Notes under the pieces: generated by a model
Told to the model about the DNA's origin: nothing
The model's input: the letters and a program-made list of their open reading frames with translations, nothing else
Database searches by the model: none
Program-made: the position numbers and the translations under genes
Origin: Octopus bimaculoides
Taxonomy: Eukaryota
Direction of reading: 5' to 3'
DNA length: 64,000 nt
Assembly (NCBI RefSeq): GCF_001194135.2
Contig: NC_068996.1
Span: forward strand, 54,942,130-55,006,129
Part shown: in pieces, positions 22,797 through 36,400 of the stretch
How the letters are laid out: each line of letters starts with the position of its first letter
Position numbering within the stretch: the stretch's first letter is position 1

Positions 22797-25700
22797 GATT
22801 CTGTCCCTGTCACACTGACCTCATCATGTGGCACAAGGCTACTTCCTCCAATACTCCCCACTTTCAAACGATCTTTGTCTTGCAAAGTTACTTGGTGACC
22901 CTGCCACCAGTGCTGCTGCCATAGAAAAAGCACCCCAGGCCATTCTGTAAAGAGCATTAGGAAAGGCACCCAGCCATAGAAACCAGATACTGAATGATGA
23001 TGATGATCAAACATAAACACATGATGGGCATCTTCAGTTTCCATCTACCAAACCCAATCACAAGCCTGGGTTTATAATAGAAGACACTTGCTAAAAGTAC
23101 CATGCGGTGGGGATGAGCCGAAATCTGCTGGTTGGGAAACAAACTTTACACTCTCAGAAATGCATTGAAAAACCATTTAAATTTAGAGTTGCTAGTACTA
23201 AATATGAAGCTTACAAAATTTTGTTTTTAGAATAAAAAATGTAGAAAAAAAAAGACAAAATTCTAAAAAACCAAAATGCAAACAATGCCTAACAAATCTT
23301 TATCTAGTTATCATCAATAAGGCAATAGCAAGATTTCTATCATTTTAATTTAAATATGACAAAGTAAATCTGTTCTCGCTGTGGGAAAGTTTTTTTGGCA
23401 GGTAATTTAAGCAGTGATGATCTGACCTAACCGAATACTGACCTTCTTTCAATTTTGGGACAGACTTAAGCTTGTCGTCTTGTTGAGTAATAAATAGCTT
23501 TTTGACACGTTTTAGAAGAGTTTCTTTACTGCATGGCAGAAAGGCTGCTAAATAAACATAAACTGATGTTCTTTGAGAACAGTTCAATACACGAGATCCC
23601 ATTTCAAGCCTATGGAAGTAACAAAAAGAAAAATGAAATCATAGAATACCAACTGGATTGTTGATAAATATTATATTAAAAAAGTAAAAAAGCTAACTTA
23701 GAATGATGTAAAGAATGATAATTTCAACAGACATCTAATCATACATACAAGTTTGAAAGTGAAAAAGCATTTTTAAAATGTCACTTCTAATGAAAATATA
23801 GAATATTTTCTGAAAACACACATTTTTAAAACTACAAAATTTTTCAAAATATACTACTGATCATATTTACATTAGTTAAAATACTATTACTAAAGATCAA
23901 ACAATAGCATTGTTCTAATATTAAATGCCATGGTTTTTATTACAAAACATTAATACCTGTTTTTGTATCATTTTTGCAATACAATTTACAAGTAATCAAA
24001 CTGTTACATGTATCATAAAATGCGCCACAATACAAAAACCAACTTGAGCCAATTGAGGTTAATGGATAACTTAGAGAAATAATAGATATTACCCAGGCAT
24101 GAGCACAAGCAATCCATAGACCCAAACTTTGGTAACACAACAGTGCTAATAATAATGCATTTTTTTTTTCATTTTACACATGTTAGGATTTGTTCACTTA
24201 CTCTAATAGCATTTTGTTAATTTCACTTGTGAAAAATTTGGACTTTCTTTCCATACAGTCAACAGCTGCCTATAAAAATAAAAAAAAGTTTGCTGGATAA
24301 AATATTAAAATAAGTCCGAGATAATTGTTTACATGGTTACAGAAATGACTGGATTGTATAAAAATAATAAAATTTCAGATAAAGCAAATACTAACTTGCT
24401 TGAGCTGGTAAATTACTTTTTCCAAATGATCTGGAATTCCAGCAGATAATTTGGGAATGCTTTCATTGTTATCTCGACTATCTGAATCTTCTTTGAAATT
24501 GTTAATATTTGATTTTTCTGTTGATCCAGGCTCCAACTCCAGAACTGTAGAACTGGTTATAAGTGGTAGTGACGCTGCATAAACTCCACTATTAGTTGAA
24601 GATTTCTCTTGAGACAGCACTCCAACTGGGGTGGTTTGGGAATAAATATTTCCGTTTGTTTCATCTATGTGCCCATTATTTGAGGTAGATGATGAGGTAG
24701 AAACAGCATTTTTCAGAAGTTCTTTGACAGTAGAAGAAGATTTTTTCCTAAATTTCGAGATAGAAAAAACATAATACAATAAGAAAAAGTTCCTATTAAA
24801 AATATACTTTAAAAAGAAAAAGACAATGTTATAACTAGTTGTTCAGCTGATTACCCACATGCCAAAATATCAGCTAAATGTAAATATCGAGATATTTTCT
24901 AATACCTAGTTTTCGACATAATTCAGGACTCCAGTATTTCCACAGTCAAAGAAGCTACTTGATACCAAACAATGTTTATGGTAAAAAAAAAGCTCACGTT
25001 TCCACAGTATCGGATAGCTGCCATAGTAAATTGCATCTTCCACAAATAGAAATCATTCATTGAGCATATTTATTCATTTCCTATGCGACAGTTTCAAAAA
25101 AAACTTTCTGTTAAAAATAAAAATAAATAGTCCAATGGTTGAGCATCAGAAGGTAGACTGTGTTGTGGACCAGTCTTTTCTGTGAAATCAGGAATTGTAG
25201 TTGATGTAATTTTCGACTGTGTTGCAGTAATGTTTTAAATATAATTTTTACCACTTTCATTATCAAAACCTCCTTCCTTGTCCAACGAAAATTCAATAAC
25301 ATCAATATCAGATTCTTCTGAAGACAAATCACTGTGGTTTTCTTTTACATTTTGTAAAACTTTCAAAGTCGGAATCACGACTTGCTGACACCATATTGAT
25401 AAATATTAATATATAAACTTCTCTCCAAACGTTGAAAAAAACCATGTGGTCTCAAAAATTTCATGGTATTTATACTTGAATAAAAGCAGAAAAGGCTTTA
25501 TCTCGCACTATCTCAGAGCTACAGAATTCAGTGTGATTTTATCTTTTTTTAGCAAATTCATAGAGGAGTCGATTACAGTCAGATTTGGCCAGTCAAGCAA
25601 ATAAAGAGGAAATAATTTTAGCTGATTTTGGCCAGACTGAATACTAAAGGGTTAAATATAAATTAAAGTAAGGTTTGAAATGGGGTTGCATTTTTTGGTT

Positions 25701-28700
25701 CAACACGAAATGGCATTTTTTAAAACCTCATGAAACACAAGCCACAAATTTTGCCAGGGGTTTAAGCAATAATTGACACAAATAGAAATGGTACATGCAG
25801 TACAACAACAAAAGATCATAGCCATAAAAACTGTTTCTCATCACCTCAAAATTTCTTTACTTGTTGGTTTCCTTGGTTTCTTGAATTCTTTTTCTCCAGA
25901 CACTTTTTTCTTTACTTCATTATTAGCTCCTTCTTTTATTTTATTTATCTGCAAGATAATAAAAATAGAGAAAAATGTCTCTTGTAAAGTAAGTTGAATT
26001 GTAGAAATTTTGAAGAGAAAAATACTTAAAAAAAAAAACAAATAACAAAACAAATTTCGTTTGTTTGTTTTAAGATGGGGATGTTTATTGAAATTTTTTT
26101 TTTAAATAAAAAAATGAAAATTTTTGACAAATTTGCTTTTTATATACTAAAATATATTTCAAAATGCGTTAAAATGAAGATACTGTTGAACTTAATTTAA
26201 AATGGAATTTACAATGAGAAATATTTGGAGAAATTAAACATCCATAAGTGTTGAAAATATTTAAAATGAAATGCAAGATAAAAATGAAGGGGAAAGCAGA
26301 ATAAAAGTTTCAATGAAATGATCTGCATTAAAATACATAAAACTTATTGACAGATTTCTACAACATTAGATGTTTTGAAATCCTTGATCCAAAATATATC
26401 ACAAAAATAAAGCGAATGATAAGTTTGAATTTTTGAAGAGCTAAACTAAGCATAGATTTCAACCTAACATTTTTATTGCATAAAATCAAAAATGAATTTG
26501 ACCACCAGGTAACTTTTGAATATTTTTCTGAGGAGGATAACCAATAGTAAACAAGCAACTATAAATAGCAAGAGCAACTAGTTTTAAATCAGCTTCCCTA
26601 GGGAAAGAAGATAGTGACTAAAAGTGCTATGATAAACAAAGAGCTACATAATGCAGAAAACTAAGATAAAAGATTAAAATAAAATGCCACAAAAATTCAA
26701 TCTTTTGGGTCATTTTCATTTCCTTTAAAAAGTTTCAATGAAATGAAGAAAAATTGGCAAAAGGCAACATTTTAAATCAAGATTTGGCATTTATGAGATA
26801 TATACAAATGAAAACACTGGAACAATTCAGGAGAATATTTTAGATCATTTCTATCATAAATTTTTAAACAATGGAACTAGCACAGATTAGATTTTAACAA
26901 TAACATTATATAAAACAAAATACTTCTTCAAATGTACAATGGTTTGAAAATCACATTGAGAAACTCACTGAAGATCATAAACATCAAATGTGAACACTAG
27001 TTATTTGATGAAAATCTAATGGTCTACCAACTGAGCAGTGTGTGGTCCCTTAACTGCAAGAAATAACAGCTTAATCTCAAATTACATCATAACATCTTTA
27101 AAAAAAAAGATGTGATGGTCACAACCAGAAGACCTTTGATCATGGGTTTGCTCTTTGAGGGCTGACTAGGGGATACACAACAACTAATTATTTTACCAGA
27201 GAAGTATTTTTTTAATAAATGCAAAAAGAATTTTAAATATTTGCCACTAATAACCAAAACACCCAGTTTTTGAAGTTTATCAAAGTTTGGAGGGATCAAA
27301 TTTTACAAAATAAAAGAAATAACAAGATAATAAAAAATAAAAATTTACAAACAAAGAATAGCAGCAGAGAAAAAAATGTGGGTAGATGACAAGAAACTGA
27401 TACTTGCCATTTTTTTTTTTTTTTTTCATTTTTTTTTTTCAGCATTATTATAGATAACAAATGCAAGACAAAGCATGAAGACAGAAAGAGATAAACACAA
27501 AAATATATGCAATGAATGCCATTAGGAGCCAAAAGTGGAAAAAGATGACAGCGATTAATTAGTAAGAATTGATTATGAAATCAATTGCTGATAAAAATTT
27601 TATTTACAATATGTGAAACCTTATTTGTTTATAAAACAAATACGTGAAATGAATTTTTGTTCAATCACTGTCATCTTTGTTTGAAATAAATGTCATCAAA
27701 CCAAAATGCTTTATCAAAATGGCTCGATATAGTCCAGGTTCATTGAAAAACTATAATGGTGATGCATTCTAATTTGTAAAGTCAGTACAACAGTTCATAA
27801 GCTGAACAATTAATAGTCAGCCATAGATAAGTTTATCTTCAGCAGTGTAGTCAATGCTTACTTCTGGCACTTTCTTCTTGACCTCACCATCTGATTCGGT
27901 ATCGGAAGTTATTATTCTCTGAAAATAAAATTATTAAGAAAAAGAGAAACTTGTAATCAAACCTGTTTATATTTTACATTTAATTTCCTACACTAACAAG
28001 AATAAGGTAGTTTTTCTGTTTTATTTTTCCTTTCAGACTTAACTGATGGAACCTTCTTCCTGCTAACCAAGGAAAGTTACTTGCCAGCCTACGACACAAA
28101 CAACAGCTCACATAATAAATAAGACAGCTACAGAACAGGTTTTACTAAGGAGTTGAATCAGCTTAAATGAAACTGTAAATAAAAATGTGATTTCACATTC
28201 ATTATGGCTTCAGATTTAAGCATTTTGAATAAATTTCTAATATAAAATATATTTCCCTGATTCAAACAAAGCTTAGCTTTGTTTGAGAAAATGAACCAAG
28301 TCAAAGCCAAAACACACAAAAAAATCTCAAAATTTTTACCTAACAATTCAGACAAACAAAATAAATTCAATGGAAATTGGAATCTGCCTTCAATTGAGAG
28401 TACAAAAAAAGCTTCTATAAAGCAAATTTTCTAATGAAGCAACTCTCTTCCTCTCATCACCTGGTTCAAATCCTGTGATATATGAAATGAAATGTAAAAA
28501 ATGTATTTAACCAGCAAGTCATCACTGTTCTAATATTCACTTTCCCATGCTTGCATGGGTCGGACTGACTTTATTGAGGCAAATTTCCTATGACCAGGCA
28601 CCTTTCCTTTTCTGAACTATCTACCTGTCTCAAAGCAAGATAATACTGCAAGCCTTCGATCCTGTCACAATTAGCAGTATGATGTGAGGATCTGTTGCTC

Positions 28701-31700
28701 CAAATTATGGAGACTTGTAGCTCTAAATAAAACAGCAGAGAGAGCAACTTATCTAGCAGAGCAGCAACTCTGAATCAAAAATGATACAGTGTAAGCAGCA
28801 TAATAAAATGAATTCAGTTTATTAAGTGATTGGTGATTAGGGGTAGGATATCCAACTGTAAAACATGCTAAACACAAAATATACACAAAACTAGGCACCA
28901 ACAGAAACTACCATTTCTCTACTTTGCAAAACTGCAGGGCGGCCTCAGCTGTTATCATTAATGTTAGCAATATGAAAGATAGGTCTGGACAGATTGTAAG
29001 AGAGACAAGTAGAGATGTTATGTACAAGTGCCAAGAGAGAAAAAGGATACCCTACTTGACCCTTAATAGACAGGGGACACAGCTACAAATGTTTTTATAT
29101 AGGTAACATCTCTGGAATAAAGCAACTGAAGTAGTCAAATGTGACAGAATAATTAAGAATAGCCAAGTCAGACATCATAACAGAGACTGTGATTACTGCA
29201 TACGCACAACCCTGACAGGTGAACAAAAAGACTTCTGTAGGAGGTCTTTCAGACTCTTAATGACAGAATACACCTGGACTCAAATGGACATGTGATGCAA
29301 CACCATGATGACAATTCTGATGTAGGTCTTCATTCTGTACACAAAATGAAAAAGAATCAAGAGGCCTGGAGTATTGCGATGCAAATGAACAAACTATTTG
29401 CAACTTTGACTAAAAGAAATGCATTGGCTAGCAGATCATCTAATGAAGTATACAAAGACAGACATAAGACAATCTGGAGAAAGAATGCATAGAAACTGGA
29501 AGGACCTTTAACTATAGACACAGATTCAAAGAAGTACTATGTGATGTATATGTTGAGAAGGAAGGAAACTTGGTGTTGGAATGGTACAATAGACTGAGCT
29601 ATAAAAGGTGAGAGACAGGACTGAAAACAATGGATGGAAGTGGGGGAAGATGAAGAAACAATATCAGGTAGCTAAAAGAAAAAAAAAACAGGTGTAAGAT
29701 ACACTTAATAAGGGGAGAAGTGAAAAGGTTGTGAATAACAAATGATCAGCATCACGAGGATGAGTTGTGTGAAGTGTCCCGGATTGCTAAGCAATATGTC
29801 AACATGAATCAGGAAGCCACTTATGAGAAGTTTGTGTATAATGCTTCCTTTCATTGATTGGGTACAGAGGCAGGGAAAGGTTTATAGAAGACTAGCAGAA
29901 ATACCCGGCTTTGCCCGGGTTAAAGAGAATAATGAAATCTAAAAACGCCGTCTAGACTACGCAACCCTCAACTGTTAGTAGCTACGATACCATATTTCTA
30001 CATTAATAACTCTCCAATCCATGCCAGCATGGAACATAGACATTAAGTGAAATGCCAGTCTCTCATCTAGGAAGGCCTTGAAATCAATGTTACCAACTGG
30101 GGACTATGTGTGTCGTAGTGATAATAAAAAGACCCAAAGGAGGTCTGCAACGAAATAATTTTACTCAACACTTTGCAAGTGAATCAGTGGAGGCAAAGAT
30201 GCATCTCATTAAATCACAATGTAAGTACATCTGAAATGGTAGTCTTACACTGTTGTACCGTTGAATTACAAATAATGCTCATCTGTTANNNNNNNNNNNN
30301 NNNNNNNNNNNNNNNNNNNNNNNNNNNNNNNNNNNNNNNNNNNNNNNNNNNNNNNNNNNNNNNNNNNNNNNNNNNNNNNNNNNNNNNNNNNNNNNNNNNN
30401 NNNNNNNNNNNNNNNNNNNNNNNNNNNNNNNNNNNNNNNNNNNNNNNNNNNNNNNNNNNNNNNNNNNNNNNNNNNNNNNNNNNNNNNNNNNNNNNNNNNN
30501 NNNNNNNNNNNNNNNNNNNNNNNNNNNNNNNNNNNNNCATGTATATGTATACATATACATCTCTCTATCTCTCTCTCTCTGAAAGTATCTGTCATTACAG
30601 TATCGAAATGTGATTGTTTCAGTTAGTAGAATAGTTTCATTTTTAAAGTGAAAGTATTTGACATGAGTGTTTTTGTTTCACTTTTGACACGTAATACTTA
30701 AATAGTGGAGGAGATATTATGTTGCCGTGGGCTCGAACTCTGCAAGAAGTTAAAATTTTTTTGACTAAAACACAACTGGAACCCTAAGTAAGGCATCTGT
30801 AAAATTTGAATGAAATTGGTTGCGTAGTTCTCGAGTTTTAGGGATTCACACAGACAGACAGACAGACACACATTCTCATTTTTATATATATAGATAGATT
30901 GCTTTGTGTTCAATAAATGGACCAGCTTTTGAAATTGATAGAGAATACAATGAAAATAGCCATTAAAGATCATCATCATTTAACATTCACCTTTCATGCT
31001 GGCATGGGTTGCACGATTTGACTGATGGTTTGACAGGAGCTGGCACCAGGCAGAAGACTACAGATGCCCTTCCTAACACCAACTATTTTACAGTGTGATC
31101 CAGATGCTTTTTAAATGGCATCAGCATTAGCAGGGTCACCAGGTAACTTGTAGGACAAGGAATTTTTGAGAGGGGAAGAAACATTGAAGGAAGTGATCTT
31201 GTGTCAGATGATGAAAGGTTAGTGTGACAGAGAGACAGATGTCATGTTATAGAGGAAGTATGTGGTTACCCAGCCAGAGAGAGAGAAAGAGATAAGGAGA
31301 GAGGTAGGGAGTGAGAGGTGAGATAGGGAGACGAGGAGAGAGAGAAAAAGAAAGAGGTAACAAGGACAGAAACAGGTGTGCTGCTGTAGAGACACATGGA
31401 TACTCATAGAGAGAGAGAGAGAGATATGGAAGAGAAATATGAAGGTGGAGAAAGCAGCTGGACTATTAGGTATAATCATGAGATGCTGAAAATATCCATC
31501 AAAATAGAGCATGGATGAATCAATCAGACAGGAAGGGTTTTTGCCAATGACTTGTATGATATATTATCATTATCAACTACTGTTACAAAGGATAGGAAAC
31601 TGATAAAAGCGGTAATAACCCAAAGTTCTGAAAGTTTCGTAGTCAAGAAAATTAGTTATGTGTGAGCTGCAAAGCTAAGTAGAGAGATGCTGTCAGCAAG

Positions 31701-33317
31701 ATAAGGAATTCAGCATGCAAGTAATTGTTCAGAGTTTGGTTTGCAGGTACGTTCTTCTTCATTATAGTTTTGCAGGCAATGAAACAAGACTGGTCGATTG
31801 CAGTAACTTTTGTATGCCAACAATTTATTTCTCAAAGTTTAATCTTTTACAGATTTAGAGAGGTATTTACAAAAGTTGAAGCAAAACCTATTAAAGACAA
31901 ACGTTCTAGCTAGCAGCAAAGAAAACAAGCCATCTGGAAAGTGGCCATGTTTGAAATGCAGAAGAGGAGTGTGTAGGAATGCCACACAGTGTTCCCAATA
32001 TAAACTATGGGTGCACAGATGATGTGGGATCAGAATAAGGCTGACAGAGAAAAGACATTCATATGTAGCAGATATGCACACAAATAATAAGCAACAAAAA
32101 CATTAAGAAATTCGTCTTCTACTGTAGCTCCAATGACCAATGACCAATGTAGCTCCAATGACCAATGCCTTTTGAGTTAGTCTACAAGACAGAAACTGTG
32201 TGGAAGCCCATCAATATGTGGTGTGTGTGTGGGTGGTGGGGGTGCCTGTGCACACACTTTTCAGAGTGCCTGTTGTCAATGGTTGACACAATAATGATTA
32301 CATTCCTTGTAAGTATTAAGATCCATGGGATAAAAAAAAAATCCCTCAATTGAAAAACATGCAAATTTTTGTTGACAAGAAGAACAACCAGTAGTAATTT
32401 CCCGTCTCAAATAAAATCCCCTCCAGCTTATACTAGGACAGAAAAACAGATATCGAACGAACACACACACAAATGCACATAGGAAAACAAATATATAGTA
32501 TTTAAAAATACATCAGTGGAGCATAATAGATTCCAAGAAGTTTGCATTTGAGGAATATACTTCTCACAACATAATTGCAAATGACATTTGTCCACATATA
32601 AAATGTAACAGAAGTTAAACCTCCATTTTACATTCACCTTTTCCATGCTAGCATCTACTGGATGAGACTTCCTGTTTCTATGGAACTTATTTCATTCTAT
32701 GCATTTATACATCATGATCAGCACACCTTATCAGTCTTCATTTGAGAAGCCTAAGCCAAGCTATGATGATAATGAAGGTGACACTACCATTATCATCATC
32801 ACACCACCACCACCACCACTTTACACCCACTTTCCATTCTGGTCATTGCTGCTCTCACACATGGTTTGGAGGAGAATTCATACAAACTTTTTGGCTCAGT
32901 ATCCTAAGACACTACAGAGTGTGCTGGGTGCATTTTTCATAGCACCAGCACTAAAGACATTGTCACATTTATGACAAAAGCATTGGGTGAATTTTATCAT
33001 GACATCACCTTTAGAGAGGATAAGAGTGAGAGAGCGATGCATAGCAAGTGACTAAACAGTGAGAGTAAATGATGTCAATACCAGTTGGCTGGCAGGGAAG
33101 AAGGAACATAGGAAAGATGCAAATTAAATACATAGCTCAAGATGAGAGAGGACTGGGTGTACGGAGAGAGTACTAGATAGGTGCAATAGCATCTAAACTG
33201 AAAGTAATGTATGGAGTAGAGAAGAGATCCACTGCTATCCTCACTCACATTAGCAGCAGTGTAGAGTGAGAGTAAGAGTGAAAGCAGGAGAGAGTGACAG
33301 AGATGAGCAATAGGGGC

Positions 33318-33405
<88 letters not shown>

Positions 33406-36400
33406 GAGAGAGAGAGAGAGAGAAAGAGAAAGAGAGAAAGAGAGAGAGAGAGAGATGAGAAGCTACCAAAGAGGCCAATGAAATACACTTGATATTATGT
33501 AAACACGGATACAAAGAGCCAAAAATACATGCAAATCTATATATGCATGCATGCACCACTATCATGTATGTGCACACATGCATACAGAAAGAATTAGATT
33601 TTCCTGAAAAATAAATTCTACTTTCTATAAAAAGAACAATGTATAATGTAATCCAGATTAGACAAGAAAACTAATGGGCAGTCAATCAGCAATGTCTTGG
33701 GTTAAACAGTGTTCCTGTGCTGCTGTCCATTTGTACATGCACACATAATTTACAATGACCACATCATCATCACGTCCGTTTTCCATGCTGGCATGGGTTG
33801 GATGGTTTGACAAAAGCTGGCAAGTCAGAAACCAAGCTTTGCTGTCTGTTTTGAAAGGGATTCTACAGGTGGATACCGTTCCTAACACCACCCACAGAGT
33901 GTACCGGTTTCCTTTTATGTGGCATGAGCAGCAGTGAGTTTACCAAGTAACTTGCAGGACTCAAGTAGGGGTGAGTAGTATTGAGGGGGAGTAAAGATGT
34001 CTTGAGTTAGAAGAGAGACATGGCTTCCTCAGATGCAGGAGAGAAAAATGGTGAAGATGTAACAGAGAGAGGGCAGGGGCTGCATAAGTTACAGAGTGGT
34101 GTATATAGTGGAATAGACCAAGGATTGGAGAGGGTGGTTAGATGGAGGAGTTCCCAGCATTTCAAAAGGAAAGTGGGAGCTGGCAAAAAGAAGGAATGAT
34201 AGGAGAAAATGTACAAACGTGTTTTCAAAATGAAATCAAGAGAAATGGTGACTTGCATTGATGCATACCTACTTTACAAAGAAAGACAAAATTTGCTCAC
34301 TAGCAAATTTCTGCACACACTAACAACCAAAAATTAGAGAGAACACAAGAAAAACAAGAAAACTGCAATTGTAATCATTTTACTTATTCAAAAACATCAC
34401 TTAGGAAATTGAGTATTTCCCTTGCTTCACTTTCACCTTAAAAAAATGGAAGTAATCATTGATAACAAGGTCTAATGAAGTTTCTTGTTCCTAAATAACT
34501 GTAATATGAGGGAAAAAGTCGATAAAATGCTTCATTGTCTGCTTATCCATATTTACACGCGAGACAATTAAATTCGCAATTACCTTTGGTCGTATTAGCA
34601 ATTGCTTTTGGTCATTTGTTATTTCATTATGAGGCCCAGTACTCACTATCATTTCTTTCATAAGTATAAATCTACTAAAAATACTCAATATATATTTCTT
34701 GGCACTCTTCATCCATTCACATTACATCACCAGTATATCATCATCTCACCTGCTTTTGAAAATCCAGCTGCATTTGAACGCACTTCTACCTTGGCTTTTA
34801 TTATATATCCAACTGATGTGCATCCACTGGATTTCTTTCCAGTCTCTGCACATTTAATATACAATCAAAGCCTATGTCCTCAACGATGAGGCAAAACATA
34901 TTTCTTACAAATGTTTCACACAATTTTTGAGTTTTGTAAATGTTGGGTGGGATTAACTTTTTAATTAGCAAAAAAGGCAACAACTTCCTGAAACTTTCCC
35001 CTACTCTGCCTAACTCCAACAACTATAGTTTTGCTTCAGTTATTTTCATTGCTAACATAACAAAATTAAAATAAATTATCAACTACATCCAGTGGATTTT
35101 ATTCAAAGAGTCTCTCTGATATTAACTTGGAACTTTTGGTATAACTATCAAGCCTCGGGTCCTCGTTCTTTGTTAGACAACTTAAAGCACCTTTTGTATT
35201 ACCTACTGTTTGCACTGAGTTTACAGGAACTGATTCTTTAATAAATATTGTTCTTTCTTACTAACCATCACTCTGATACTTGATATGTTGATCTTTCAAC
35301 CAATGGATTCATTTCAAACCAGTGTTTCAGGAGAGGGACAGGATTGAAAAGGGCCTAGAAAAATTGCCTTAAAAAAAATTAATATGAATTTTTCAACTTT
35401 TTAACGTTGTGCAATGCCATGGTAAAGAAAGGAGACATATATGGATGCAAACTAATTTTCTTGTCTTTAAGACAGAGTGGGAGCAACTATGTGTCCATTT
35501 GAGAATCCCTATTCTAAACCACTTCTAAAGGTTTAGAAATTTACTAAAAATCTGTAACAGTTAAAATCATCAACAACCACCTTAAAGTTTCCAACTGAAA
35601 GCCTTTGATAACTTTTATACATTGGTCAGTGTGGAATTTCATGATAAGCTGCAAAATAAGTACTAAATCTACAAGATTATTCAAGTATCCAAAGGACTAT
35701 AAATCAATGTATAGCAAAAAAGAATGTACTTGTCAAGAGAAGGCACACTTTTAGTGAAGTGATTGTAAAACTTAATAAGGGAGTTGGTACAATTTCAATA
35801 TTGAGTACTCAGACAACATGTAGGGTTTAAAATGCTATGGTACAGTCATCAATAGACTGCTTTGTGAGATGCTAAAAAGGGTAAAGCCCACACAAGACAG
35901 ATATGCATGTATTTGCATATGCATACTCAGGCAAGTGTCTAAGATGTAACCAGGAATTAACTGCTAAGAACAATAACAATAATAATAGATTTAAAGAAAT
36001 TACCTTCGTCTTTTTCCTCTTTTTCAAAGGAGAACTTACATATTCATCACTAGAATCATCAGATACATCTCTAAAATCCAGAACACCTGAGTTGATGTAG
36101 AATCCACCCAGTTTAGTAGTGAGGCAGGCAGGCACCAACTCGTCATACTAAAAAGACAGGGGGGGGGGGGGAAAAAAGTATCAGAATATTTTGTATATTT
36201 AAAAAAAATAAAATGTGTGCATATATCAATCAAACTGCTGCAAACCACTTAACAGAATAGGATCCTAGCCAAGCAACATGGTGCTAACATTGTGCAAATA
36301 GTCCAGTCCAAAAGAGCTCGGTGATGGGTTAAGAAAGAGCAGAAGAGACAACAGGGACTGATATTACAAGTGCAATTTCTTAGGGATAGTAAAAAGACAA

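Noticed and set aside
34500-34870. Minus-strand KC..GC...GPHN remnant suggesting a FLYWCH/MULE zinc finger
   Set aside because: Motif pieces lie in different frames with no TIR or other transposase motif; insufficient support.
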